Below, one piece after another: positions 12,169-25,263 of a stretch of DNA of 64,000 bases (the first letter of the stretch is position 1; every line of letters begins with the position of its first letter). Location of the stretch: contig ML996695.1 of NCBI GenBank assembly GCA_010356995.1, forward strand, positions 319,061-383,060, written 5' to 3'. The DNA comes from Trichodelitschia bisporula (taxonomy: Eukaryota). The translations under genes and the position numbers were made by a program. The notes beneath the pieces were generated by a model. That model ran no database searches. It was given only the letters and a program-made list of their open reading frames with translations, and was not told the DNA's origin.

Positions 12169-13463
12169 CTATTGCAAATCAAGGACCACACGCCCGTGCA
12201 GCTTGCCTTCGTGCATCTCTTGGAAGACCTGATAGTGTTAGGATCTCGTTCTGCCAGAGGCAGCATTTGTGACCACTTACCTCGGTCAGCTTCTCCATCT
12301 TCTCTGTCCTGTAGTGCACCTTGACGAGGCCCCGAGCAGCCAGATCCAGGGTCTCAATGGCGTCCTTCCGGTTACCAACCGCCACACCAATGATGCTCTG
12401 CTCCTTCGCAACCAGGAGCTGAGGGAAAGCCGTACCAATGGGCACCATATCGCCCTCGGGGATACCGACGCACACGACGCACCCACCAAACTTGATGAGC
12501 CGCGGCGCAGATGCATAGGCCGCATTCGCCGCCGTGAGCACAAGCGCCGCCTGCACACCCAAACCGCCGGTCAACTCGAGGACCTTGGCCACGACATCGC
12601 CCTCACCCAGGCCGATGAAGTGCTCGGCTCCGGAGTCGAGCACCAGCTGCTTCTTGGAGTCGGCGTCAATACCGATGACCCGCAGCGCCATTCCCTTGGA
12701 GGCAATCTGCGCCGCAATGTGTCCCAGCCCGCCACCAGCACCGAGCAGCGCGATCCACTGTCCAGACTGTGCGCCGCTCTTACGCAGCGCAGAGTAGACC
12801 GTGACGCCGGCGCAGAGCATGGGTGCCGCAGCGGCGGAGTCGAGGCCGTCGGGAATCCGCGTCACATAGTTGGCGGGCGACAGGACGTATTGCTGGAAGG
12901 TGCCGGGGGTGTAGTAGCCAGAGATCTTGCCGTTGGCGCACACGCCATCACGACCTTCGAGGCAGGGCGCTGGAGGAGAGTTAACAATGGGCGGTGCTCG
13001 CTAGTGATGATGAGATGACGTACGGCATGAACCGCAGATGCCGGCCATCCACTTGATACCGACGCGGTCGTCGACCTTGATGCCACTAGCTTCGGCTCCA
13101 GGGCCGAGCTTTACGACCTTACCAACGCCCTCGTGGCCACCAACCTAGAATCCATATTAGGATGATGTATTTTACGAGACGGAAATGAAGATCCGGACCT
13201 GGCCCTTGGGGGTAGGGAACGGCAAGCCTCTCCAGCTGCACGTCATGACACCGAGATCTGAATGGCACACGCCAGAGTGAGTACTGATTACGGATATATC
13301 AGCGAAAGATCCTTATGTAATTGTGCTCAGAATCGTACAGATTGACGAGCACCTCGCCAGGGCCAGGCTCGGGAGTCTCAAGCTCCTTGACAGCGGTGGA
13401 GATGGACCCCGGCGCATCGTAAACGGCAGCCTTGTAAGTCTTGGGAATCTGAACGTCGGCCAT
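12169..13463 (-). CDS. Zinc-dependent (MDR) alcohol dehydrogenase
   Basis: Motifs THSGVCHSD, GGHEGVG, structural-Zn cysteines, AAPMLCAGVTVYSAL and GAGGGLGH, and the C-terminus GKLHGRVVLDLQ*. Four short introns. Confidence 0.93.
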
Positions 13464-14452
13464 TTTGTTTGATATTTTGAAGGTGAGGGGAAGTGTGAGT
13501 ATGGCAAGGAGAATTAAAGCGTCTACAAGGCGTCGCAATGACTAGATATAGCTCAAGGCAATGGGAGGGGATGGTAAGTTAGTATCAAGTGGCGCCTTCC
13601 TTGCACATATTAAAGCCATGCCTCGGTCGAGCTCCTCTCAGATGCGCAAGGATAGGGCCGGGCAGTGTTCGTCCCCCATTTCTCCTCCTCTGGCCATGAG
13701 GAGACAGGAAGCATGTGGCAAATCGGCGCCATCACCGAAACGGGTATGGAAGAGAGGAAGACGGGAGGGCGAGGGTGCGGGATGCGGTTTACCGAAGGCG
13801 TGGGGAAGAATGTGATGACGATGGGAATAATATGGCGGGCGAAAGGCTGCGCCAGCCCCACCGCGGGGTTTTGGTGGAGATGCGGGGTTCTCGCCGCATC
13901 TCTTTCTCCCCGCACATGGCGCGGCCCAGATACCACTCTCGGCCTAGGAGCGACCATCTCGCCGAGTGACCTGAGTAAATGCTCACTGCATCTTGCCATC
14001 CTTCACTCAAGTGCCCAACCCCCGTTTCGAGTGTACATTCCCGAGGTGTGTGCCGCGTTGTGCTAGCTGTGTGGATCCTTCGCTATGCCTGGCTGTCGGG
14101 CCGTGGACTGATCTCGTTGCTTAGGCCACCATCTGTTAATGCAAAGAATCCATGCACGCCTCGTTAATGTAGCATAGTACTGTAGCTCGTATCTGCACCA
14201 GAAGTATTTCCGCCCCAGACGCCCTTATATTGCAGATCCCGAGCATTGGCACTGTCGGTGATTTCAGGGATATGATTTTCTCGCTATCATCTACTACCGA
14301 ATCCCCGAGAGGAAGTGGCCCAAGACTCCCCATCTTCAGCACTCCGAAAACTCCCAAGACACATAGACCTCACGCCATGCCATGTCAGATATGCCGCGGT
14401 ACAAGATAACAAACAAAGGAAAGAGAGCAAGCGATGGTAAATTCCAGCAAGC

Positions 14453-15442
14453 CTACGCCTTAGCAGCCTTGACAGGTGTCCTGACCACAGGTGCCTTGGC
14501 CGCAGGCTTCATCGGCCGCACCAACATGTACTCCATCTTGTCGAGCATAGCCAGGAGCAAGCGCTCGTGAATCACCTCCCTGCGCGTAGGCTGGTGATTG
14601 ACGATGTTGCGGATGTTCTCCGTGCACACAATGTACACAAGCGGCTTCTCCGGCTGCGACGCATCCACGTTCTCGAACCCAACCCGCTCCAGCGTTTCCT
14701 TCATCTCCTGCGTCGTCTCGCCCACGTATCCCGGCCCCGCGCTTGGGATCTCAACGTCGTTGTCCTCCGCGTATCCGGCCAGGTGGCCATCTGACTTGGA
14801 CCGCACGAGGATGACTTCCGTGCCGTTCTTGCGGCACGCCTTGAGAATCTCGACATCATCCTGGGGAGAGTATATCGGTTAGCATACGCTGAGACGAGAC
14901 CCTAGCGTTCGGCAGTGACGTACCTCTCTCAGCCGCTCCCCATACATGACAATGACGAGGTCGAAGAGGTAAATCTTCTGATCGTAATAGTACCTCTGCG
15001 CGCTCACCGCCTGAGTTCCATGTCCCGGCGTGTCGTACAGGAACTGCTTTGGCCTCCGCGGATTCGCATAACTGGCGCGCTCGCGCGTCGTCTCCGTCGT
15101 GCCCGTAGGCGCTGCGCTCGCGTCCTCCTTGCTGTTCTTGATGCCGCGCGCCGCGTTGACGAGCGACGACTTGCCGGAGCCCGCGCTGCCGCACACGCAC
15201 ACGTGAAAGCAAGACGGGTCGAACCCGCTTTCGTCGCGCTCCTTGCGGATTTGCGCGGGTGAGAACTTGTCCTCTTTTGCTTCGTTGCTGCCGCCCTGCT
15301 GGGCGCCGACCAGCACGCCGCCGAAGCCAAGGAAGAGCTTGAAGGGGAAGGACATGATGTAGGCGGTGTAGAGGTTGCGGAAGAGGTTTGTTTGCGGGCG
15401 GGGGATGCACAGGAAGGGGATGAGGGTGTTGGAGCGAGGCAT
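14453..15442 (-). CDS. IRG/IIGP-like P-loop GTPase
   Basis: G1 GSAGSGKSSLVNAARG, G2 APTGTTETT, G3 LYDTPGHG and G4 VRSKSD. Intron 14923-14861 joins ORFs 14879 and 14453. Start could be 15442 or 15355. Confidence 0.78.
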
Positions 15443-16522
15443 CGTGCTGGTTTGGGGCCATGGTTCGGCGATGAAATAGATCTTGTCGGATTATGAAAAG
15501 GAATCACGGCCACCTGGCATGCTGGTGCTGAGGCGGAACTTAGCCTTACGTGTAATGCGTAGAGTGGCATTTCCCCTCCTTCTAGCCAGCTATACAGCAC
15601 ATTCGAGAGCCGTGGTGCCAGGCCTGTGAGGCGTGATGGCTTCCATGTGTGAGTAAGAGCCAGTAGCCGAGTGTGCTGGGACAGCAAGGCTTGAGAACGA
15701 CGGGGCGAGTGGATCAAGCTGAGGACATGTGGTCCGAATGGTAGCCTTGTACATAGTTCACAGCTTCACTTATGATTAGGTGTTTGCGTGTGCTCCAGAC
15801 AATCCAGAGGTCGTCACCCCGCAATGCGTTGTTGGGCAGCCTTGAACATTGACAGGTCAACGATCGGGTCAGGAACAGGGCAATTATGTACCGGTCAAGT
15901 ATCATGTACGGAAGCCCGTGGTTCAGCAAGTAAGCTAACAGTGGTCAGCGTCCCGAAGCAATGCAGGCTAAATGCTCCGATTCGACTTATAGAGCTCGCG
16001 CGAGAAGGCCCCACGGCTCCTTGAACACGTTAAATCTGCCCAGTTCACCAAATCGTTTCCCGTACTGTCAAGCATGTACAAGCAAATACCTTCAGGATGG
16101 CGATAGATACCTTAACCGTCTTGTAAACAGCACTCTGCCACGTCACGTTAAGTTGGTGTTTCATGGAAGATGATGCCCCAATCACGAGACGAACGCGAAC
16201 GCGTACTTCCTTGCTCCCGAGATCTGAGAGGGCGCGGGCCGAAACAGCAACGCAGCTCATCCGCGCACAACTGTAGCCGGGGGTTTGATTGGCCGACATT
16301 GTCGGCCGACATCTCACAGCTTCGAACACAACAGAGGCCAAGAGGTCACAACGATCCGATCGCTTTCTGGAGTTCCGCGCTTCAACAAACGGCAGCCGTT
16401 CCTGTTCTGTACACTCCAAGGTATTCGGCCGGTGCCCTTCGTATATCATATACAAAATGGAGATCATTTGGGGTGATGGCTGCTCGACTAGAAGCCTCGA
16501 GTGGGACCCAACGACGTCCAGT

Positions 16523-17389
16523 TCAGTATATGTATGGGAACAGGCGGTACGGTGTCTTCTCCTTGAACGCCTTCCAGCTCTTTCCGTACTACTCCTTGTC
16601 AGCCGAAGACACCCAAAATAAGAGTCACTTTACCTTCTTCCCACAATAATCGTCCAGTATCGGGATCGAACTCAGCGCAAAGAGCGCAAACAAATAGGCA
16701 AACGCAGTCGCTCCCCAAATCCACCCTCCAGCCGCCAAACAGTACCCAGTCCTCCAAAGCGTGAACCCAGCATAATTAGCATGTCTCGACAGCCTAAACA
16801 AACCCCCCGTGAAAACCTTCCCCTTGTTCTCCGGCTTCTTCTTGAAATTATATCGTTGCTGCTCACTCACCACCTCCACCCCCATCCCAACCACATAAAG
16901 CACCACTCCAAGCGCAACCGCCGGCGCAGTCGCCAACTCCCCCGGAAGAGCCGCCGAAAGGCCCGGAAGCGTGAAGATCAGATTGTTAACGGTGTTGAAC
17001 GCGGTGTTGTACGCCACGAGCGCAAGCGCCGCTCCCGGGCCAAAGCTCTCGTACGACGTGCCCAGTAGCCAGTAGATCTGCTTCAGCGAGCCGCCCGTCG
17101 CCATTGCGAGGAGGAGCAGCCGGTGCGGTGAGAGGCCAAGGCCGTCGAGCGGCGGGATGCCCGTCTGTAGCACGAAGCCGGGCAGACGTGCCTTGAGCCC
17201 CATCCGATGCAGGAATCCAGAACCGAGCCCATGGCGTAGGATCTGGTACTGGAGCAGCGGGTCAAGGGCGCGAAGGACGGTGAAGAGCGTGGTACCGAGG
17301 GGCGAGGGGGCGCGGGAGCCGCGGTCGATGAGGTCGTAACCCTTCGACGAGCTCGAGGGAGCCTGCTGGGGCTCCTTCGGAGATGCCAT
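16523..17389 (-). CDS. DUF1295 / steroid 5-alpha-reductase-like membrane protein
   Basis: Hydrophobic helices and EQQRYNFKKKPENKGKVFTGGLFRLSRHANY. Intron 16633-16589 gives the last exon YGKSWKAFKEKTPYRLFPYIY*. Confidence 0.85.
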
Positions 17390-17915
17390 GGCGGAGGGGG
17401 GTATGGCTGGGCTATTGTGTCTGCTGCTGTGCTATATGAGGACGAAGAGGACGAAGAGGACGGCTGCGGTACTTATGTACCAGTCGGCCCGCGGAGTAAG
17501 CTACCGGCTCAATGTGACATAGCTAGTCCCAAAAGCATGGAGAATTGAGGAATGTGGGGCGCTATGACACATTGTGAACACATCAACAGCCGAGCAACTC
17601 CATGCAAGTGCCCGACCCGGAATATATCGATCGCTGATGCTGTCTATATTACCATGACCCCATTGAAAAATGACATCTCGAGAAGCAGACACACACCCTG
17701 CAGGAGCCTCGCCGGCTGGTTCGGGCCGCCAAAGATGCTACTGCCACATATTCCCATCTAAATCATCCTTGCCATATCGGCACCCAATCCCTCACCATGA
17801 ATCAATCATACAGTACCTAGCCCTTTTAGTGAGCTTCCTGGATCCAGCCCAATCACAAAAATGCAACAAAACTCCATGCGCCCTGCAAAATCCCAGGCAG
17901 TTATCGTGCGGGCCT

Positions 17916-20900
17916 TTAGCTCATTTTGGCGCCTCCCGTGACGAACTCGCTGCGCAAAAGCTCGTCGGCCGTCGGCCTCCGCTCGTGATCGGTACGAAAT
18001 GTTCTCCGGCAGAAAGACTTGAGCTCCTCGCTGGCCGACTCGGGCAGTTGAGGACTGGCATCAGACACGTCGCCCGAGCTCGACAACGCACTCCCGATTT
18101 TGAAGATGGCCTGCATCTGCGTGCAGTTCGGGTGCGGGTGTTGCCCAGTCAGCATCTCCACGATCAAGCAGCCCAGAGACCAGATATCGGCCTTGCGCGT
18201 GTATGCTGTCTGGCGCACCACTTCGGGGGCCATCCAGAAGACGGAGCCCTGGAGGGAGACGCGATTTCCACCGCGACTCGGCTTGCCAGTTCCCACGGGG
18301 CCGCCGGAAGCCGAGTTCAGCAGAGTGCTCGCTTCAACCCGCTTGCTGATGCCAAAGTCGGAAATCTTGACCATGCCCTTGTTGTCGACGAGAATATTTG
18401 CGCCCTTGATGTCACGATGGATGATGTCCCGCGAATGCAGATACGCAAGACCCGTAAGGATCTGACGTACGAAATTCGCAATGAGGCTCTCTCCCAACGG
18501 TCCGTAATTCACCAGCATCGCGGCCACCGAGCCACCAGGAATGTACTCCAGGAAAATGTTGAGGTGCGTGTCGTCCGAGTTGGAGCCAAGGTACTGGACA
18601 ATGTTGGGGTGCTTGAGGTCCCGCAACAGGCCAATCTCATGTTTCAAGGCTTCGACCATGTTTTTCTTCTTGGCGTCAAGCGGCGTACCGGTGTCGGACG
18701 GCATTTCCACTTGTTTGACGGCAATAAGCTCTCCAGTAACGGCTAGCAGAGCGATGTACACGGAACCGAAGCTGCCTTGGCCAATCAGCGCGCCCTTCAT
18801 GTACTTGACGTTATCCCATGAGTCGGCCTCCAGATATTCGCTGAGCTCCTCGTCGCTCTCCTCAGAGTCTTCTTGGATGACCTGACTGAGGTGCTTGTGC
18901 AGACTGTCGCTACCTTCTCCGGACAGCGAGCTGTTCGCGACACTACTGCGTCCGTCGTCGTAGTAACTATGCATGGTCGTATTGCCCTCGGGGTCCGTAA
19001 TGGCAATGCCATCGCTACCGGCAAAGGAGACGTAGCTCTTTCGGTCCGGTTCTAGAGGGTTCTCCTCGTCCACGCTTTCCAGAACGGAGCTCGCCATAGA
19101 GTCGCGGTACGACGGATTACCGGAACCCAATCGTTGTACGGAGAGCGGTCTCGCCGTCTTAGGGACCTGACCAGCATTCTGCAACCAGGCATCCGAGATG
19201 GCCGGAAGGGGGGGCGCATCCTTGAGGCTGGACGCCATGCTGAAGTTGCTGACGGTACTGAGGCGGCTCGTAGCACGGCTGATGCGCCTGCTCCTCCGTA
19301 TCGACATGCGCACGGTGCGCTCGATCTCGTCCTTTTCAAAGTCGGGAAAGTAGGTCGATAGGTCGCTGGCGATGAGCTCGCTTGGCGGACGTCCGCCAAA
19401 GTGCTCCTTGATCCGCCGCAGCGGGGCGCGTGTCGAACCCATCGCATCGTGGGCACGCACCACCTGGGCTTGCGTCGCTGTAAACACTTGTCGCTCGCGC
19501 TCCTTGAGGCTCGCCGGTGACAGGGGGTAGGAAACGGGGGCGAGACTTTCTCCTGTAATCTTTTCGATCTTCAGCTGTGAACGTGTCGAAAGGGGGAGAA
19601 TGACGTTTTGGTTCTTCTGCAGCTCGATTTGCGCCGCAATGCTGGCCGCTGTCTTGAGCTGTTCATCATCTGGTTCTCCCGTGTGGATCTTCCGCAGGAT
19701 GAGACGGTTGCGTTCCACTCGCATCCGGTCGGAGCATATGCGCCAGGTCTCGGCTTCGTTGATACGATGCGAGTGGGCGGGGTTGGGTTCTAGGCCGTCA
19801 AGGATGTAGAAGCAGTAGTTCTTGACGTGAGCCTCATTAAGGTTACCCTTCTTCAGCGTCTTTAGCATGACTTCCTCGACGGTCTTGCAGCCCTCGATGC
19901 TGACGACTGACGAGCGGCCATTATCGTAGATGACGCGAATCAGAGCCTTGTCTGCCGGAAGCATGCTCGCATTCGTCACCGAGCCGTCCATGCTCGGGCT
20001 GGCACGCACATGGCCAAAGCGCCCGGACTGTGGTGTTTCACTAGCAGGCGTTGTAGCAGCACGCGGCGGCATGGCATAGCGCGAAGCGAGGGCGTGGTCT
20101 GGTATTCTTCCAGAGGAAGGACCGGCGCTGGAGATGCTTGTCTGAGAGCGCTGCGGGCTGGCGGCATCGTATCGCTGAGCGTGCCCTCCCCGCGAATCCT
20201 GCTCGATGTAGGGAGAGCTGGGTCGTGAGTTCTGCTTGGGTCCAGGCGCACCTAGAGAGGCGATGGAAGGGAGGTCAGTGATCTGGCGCGATAACCGCTT
20301 GTCGGCACGAGAGCTGGTAGCACCCCGGGCGGCAGGGCCTGGCTTCGGCGAGGCTGACGAAGGAGGAGTGAAGGCCGGCCCGTCCAGCATAGCGAGGGAT
20401 TCCTATGGATACGGGGTCAGAGGGACTCAGCAAAGATGCTGCATGGGGACGAACCCGATTGCTCACGCTCTTTGATACCCGCTTCGATTCGCTGAGGCGG
20501 AATTTCTTGACCTGGGCAGCGATACGAATCTGGTCCCCCAGTTTCTTGATGCCCATATCCCGGAGGTGAGAGCGGTCAAGCTCCACCAACGTCTTGCCAT
20601 TGATATTATTCACGACGAAAAGGTCGACATACTGCGAGCAATTGATGCTGCGCAGCCATTCCGCCACCATACCCTCATCCCAATTCCTGCTGAGATGATG
20701 AGTGCGTGTGGGGAAGATGAGACAGGATGCACCGACCGGACGACATTAGGAGTGTCAAAGTTCTCCGAAAACTCCGACTCTGTGGGACTGGCAAAGAAGC
20801 CATGGTGCTGGCTCGGCGGCTGCACGCGATAGCTGGAGATGTTGGGGGTATACTGCGACGTGGGCCCATTGTACGGCAACTTTCTTGTGAGGAGAGCCAT
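17916..20900 (-). CDS. STE11: MAP kinase kinase kinase Ste11
   Basis: SAM domain (WDEGMVAEWLRSINCSQY...GIKKLGDQIRI), Ras-association region, and kinase domain (GQGSFGSV, HRDIKGANILVD, DFG, SLQGSVFWMAPE). Introns are 20736-20687 and 20454-20403. Confidence 0.95.
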
Positions 20901-21326
20901 GACGGCTAATGGGTTCGTGCAAAGACGGGGGGAAAGATGGCTAGAAAACAAAGTCTGAGCGAGTGAACTTGATCAAAGAACGAACGTCTGCGGGTGTGAG
21001 AGAGTGAGGGGAGGGGTGGAGGGGGAGGGGGAGAAACAGTGTGTGGGGAGAGGGCGCACGGCCACACCGGGAGTTGTTCGCAAAAGGGTTGGAGGGGAGG
21101 AGAGTCCAGTGCAGGATGAGACACGTACGGTGGTATTAATTAGTGCGGTAGAGGTGCATGTTGACAGCGAAGACGAAAGAAGGTTTAACCCTCTGGATTC
21201 TGAACCTTCGAAGAGGTTGAGAGATTTGCTGGTGCGACGGGGCGACACGGAGGAGGGAGATGGGATTAACAACGGCCGATGAAAGCTGAAACGAAGGAGT
21301 CCCTGAAGCCTGAGCCTGGACTGGGG

Positions 21327-21491
21327 NNNNNNNNNNNNNNNNNNNNNNNNNNNNNNNNNNNNNNNNNNNNNNNNNNNNNNNNNNNNNNNNNNNNNNNNNN
21401 NNNNNNNNNNNNNNNNNNNNNNNNNNNNNNNNNNNNNNNNNNNNNNNNNNNNNNNNNNNNNNNNNNNNNNNNNNNNNNNNNNNNNNNNNNN
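21327..21491. other. Assembly gap (165 N)
   Basis: Run of N. Confidence 1.
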
Positions 21492-21724
21492 CGCATGCGT
21501 AGGAGAGAGAAGGAGGGATGGCAGGAGCTTGGCTTTGTTGATATTGAGGGACGCACGACAGCGGCTACGAGATGAAGAAGTAAAGAAACGTGAACAGGGG
21601 GCGTGTTTTGCTATGGATTGGAGTTGGAGAGTTGACGATGAAGAAGGTGAGAGCGTGAAGACGCGATGTAAAACGCGAGACAGAGCACTACTACGAGAGT
21701 GTTGTGGAACAAGAGGATGAGATG

Positions 21725-21925
21725 TCTTCTCTCTCTCTTCTCCTCTCCTCCCTCTTCTCCTCTCTCTCTCTTCTCCTCTCCTCTCTCTTCTCCTCTCCTC
21801 CCTGTTCTCCTCTCCTCTCCTCTCCTCTCCTCTCCTCTCCTCTCCTCTCTCTTCTCCCTCTCCTCCCTCCTCTCCTCTCCTCCCTCTTCTCCTCTCCTCC
21901 CTCTTCTCCTCTTCCTCTTCAGCTC
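21725..21925. repeat. Polypyrimidine (CT/CTCCT) low-complexity tract
   Basis: About 200 nt almost entirely C/T, with repeated CTCCT units. Confidence 0.95.
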
Positions 21926-22274
21926 TCATCTGTCGCCCCTTCCTCTCATCACCATCCACATGGAAGTAGGAAGAGCGATTCAAAGCGACTACTACACGAA
22001 ACAACGACGGGGATGTACCGTGTGGTGATTGGTGCATGGGGCGCTTGGCCGAAACAATGGCCGGCGACGGCGGCGCTTTGAAGACTCAGGATGCCTTGTC
22101 AGCGCCTTGTCAGCGCCTTGTGGATGCCTCATCGCGAGCCAACGCGAGATGAGCCAATTATGCACTTTATGCGTTTGAGCCTTTAATGCATAGGAGGTAC
22201 ACCGCTGCGCTTGCATTATTGATGGCGGCCAATACGAGCGGGATATACAATTGATACAACATAGCATAGGGGAT

Positions 22275-22372
22275 ACGAAGACACGAAGACACGAAGACAC
22301 GAAGACACGAAGACACGAAGGCGCGAAGACACGAAGACACGAAGACACGAAGACACAAAGACACAAAGATAC
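22275..22372. repeat. Tandem octamer (ACGAAGAC)n, about 12 units
   Basis: Direct reading: acgaagac repeated, with a gcgc variant in the middle and acaaagac variants at the end. Confidence 0.95.
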
Positions 22373-22997
22373 TACGCCACGAACTGTTGGTGCGACCGGA
22401 GCCTCATCCTTTGATCTTGACCATCTCTCCTTCCCTTCCCCGAGGCAACTCACTCGAGTCTACGGAGTACTACAATCCGTACGTACTGCCCCCACCCCCA
22501 CCTAGCGTCTACTGTCCTCCCACTGCAACCCGTTCACCATTCCTCCCTCCGCCCATCGTCTTGCTCGGTTAACAAGAAAGCTTCACCTCTCTAACCTCTC
22601 CCCTTTGGCCGCCGTTGTCATCTCCAGATCAAAAAGAGGGAAAAATTATGAATGCTGACTGGCCAGCCTGATGTCGGTGACGGTGAACTCTCGGAGTGCG
22701 CCACGGCCTTGCTTCCAGGCTCTGGACGTCATGCACCCCCCCCCCACCCCCCCCAACTCCAAAACCCCCCATGCGCTGCCCCACTCATTCACATCATGCA
22801 CTCAAACTCCCCGCTTCTTTCACCAAGGGCTGAGCCCCTCCCACCTCCCCCAGCTGAGCCTCTTCGTTTTCGCCAACTACATCACTTTCGCAACCCGTTA
22901 AACTTGTTATTCTACTACGTAAACTGCTACTCCTTTGTTGGTTCCTCACTCTATTTGCCGTCTTCATCAGCATCTGCACCGTGCATCCTCCATTACC

Positions 22998-25263
22998 ATG
23001 GCTCAAGACTATCAACCGCCGCCACAACATCCGCCTGACCAGTACTCGGCGCCATATCCATCCTCCTTTGATATGCTCCCCGACCATCGTGCTTATCAAA
23101 GCCCCACCAATCTTTCACCCTCCAACCACGCCTCTTTGCCGATGCGCCCGCGTGGTACCTCGTCGGTCGGCTCGGATTCTCGCTACGGCGATGGCTATGC
23201 GCCCGATCATTCTGCGCCTCACGATTCCTACGACGCTGCGAATCTTGCTAGCCAATTTCCAAAGGACGTTCTCCAGCAGATAAAGGCCGAAGTTGCAGAG
23301 GAAGTCCGCAGCAGCATCTTCGGTGCCTTGCGCGCCGAAGGCTACGCCAGTCCCCAGCAAACTAATATGCCTCCCTTCCAGCCGCCTCCACAACAGTACC
23401 AGCCGTATGGTGAGCCACCGCAAACTCAATCGCACGGTGGCGTCTTTCCTACGCTTGACCAGCATGATCACCAGCATAGTAGCAGAGAACGAAGCTTAGA
23501 CGGCAGTGCGAATATGCCCCGTGCTGCCTCGCCCGAGCCAGCCAAGCCAAGCACCACAGGGCTGCCTCCGCCACCGACAAACAAAGAGAACTTGTCCGAT
23601 CGACACGGTGATCGAGGTCTGGATTCCGAATCGCGTCTCCGGCCCAGCCCTGGGATGCGCCTGAGGACGGGGGATGAGGAGACTGTCGTAGAGAAGAAGT
23701 GGCAAGCTCTGTTCGACCCTGAAGCTGGCGCCCCAACTCCTCGGTTGGGCCAGTTTCTGCGCGGGCTTGCTTTACATCTCGTGAGTGTTCCCATGCCCCT
23801 CCCCAGAAGGTTAAATGAGCCAACCCATCTCGTAGATTGAAAAGTTTGCACCCGAGAACTCCCTCGTCATCCCACCGGCCAAGATGCTCCAATTCTACGC
23901 CGAGACAATGCCCCCGAAGTCAGAACCCACGTATCCTTTCGACATCGTGTTCTCCAAACTTCCTCACGAGGCTCTCTGTGTCATGTATCGGAGACTGAAC
24001 TGCACACATCACCTGATCCAAGATCCGTCTCCAACCGCCGTCACAGCCGCCTCACCTACCATCCCTGCGCTTACCCCGCACGGTTTCGCGCGCTGGATGA
24101 CGCTCATGATTCTGGCCCACCCGGACGCTGAGTTCGAGCGCATCTCCATCGCCGTACGCGAGTGGCCTATCTGTAATGCCGACGACCGGTCCGAACGCTG
24201 GCCCAAAGAGTTGAGCCGTAGGATGCTTCCCAAGTATCCGGACACGGCCGTTCGGCAACAGGTTACCAGTGCTCTGGCAGCGGACGGAGTGATCCCCATT
24301 CCTCGGCACACCAGCTTTCCACCGCCGCCACCTCAGGGTGGTCCCCCCGGCTCTGCCAGTCGAAGCAGCTTCGGTGAGCATAGTCGTGAGCACGGACGCG
24401 AGCGGGACGCTCTGCGGGAGCGCGGCAAAGATCGTGATCGGGATCGTGATCGTGATCGGGACCGTGATAGTGGCCGTGATCATGACAGTGGCCGGGATCG
24501 GGACCGGGATAGGGATCGGGATCGGGATCGGGACCGGGACCGGGACCGCGACAGGGATCGAGGAGATCGCGATAGAGACCGGGACCGTGATCGCACTCGA
24601 GAACTCGAGCGTGAAAAGGAGCGGGAAAAGGAGCGCGACCGTGGCCGCGGCCAAAGCCGCCACGCCTCCCTTGACAACGAAACCGCGCTAGCCGATTCCG
24701 ACGACGAAGACCTCGCCCTGAAACCCTCCATCACCCTCGAGCGCGAGCGCAAGCCATACACCGCCCGTGGAGGCCAAGGACGCACCTTCGTCGACGACGG
24801 CGTCCCCACCCCCTCATCAACCAGCACCCTGAAGCCCGACGCACCCCACGGCCGCCATCGCGCCTCGTCCACCAGCGAGGCGATGCACCCGCGAGACTAC
24901 GTCCCACCCCCGATGGCGTCCTCAGCCACTCTGAACACGCCCTCGCACCACGTCCACCGCGCCCACAGCACCTCGCGTGGTTCAACGCGGCGGCCGCATA
25001 GTCCGCCTCCCGGCAGCCACGGTGGACACTTTGTCCGCAGCGACAGCAACCTGCGCGACGTGCCGGCGGAATACTACCGCTCGAACATGCACGATGACGG
25101 GGAGGCCTACTACCGCGAGCGCGCGGAGCGGGATGAGTACGGGCGGCGGCCCAAGGATGACGAGAGTCGTCGGGCGCGGTTCGAAGAGTATGAGGCTAGA
25201 CGGCCGGCGGAGCGGAATGGATATGGGTACGCGGCACCGGGGGCCGAGCGGCGGTATGCGTGA
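22998..25263 (+). CDS. DUF7514-like fungal protein with Asp-Arg dipeptide repeat
   Basis: Motifs EKKWQALFD...[44 protein letters not shown] and [10 protein letters not shown]. Intron is 23781-23835. Confidence 0.75.

Noticed and set aside
17670..18746. Long antisense ORFs (also 12269-13018 and 59776-60744)
   Set aside because: They are shadows of GC-rich coding sequence on the opposite strand of STE11, the ADH gene and SIP3.
20973..22453. Long ORFs 20973-22037, 21699-22028, 21704-22081 and 21992-22453
   Set aside because: They are products of the N gap and simple repeats.
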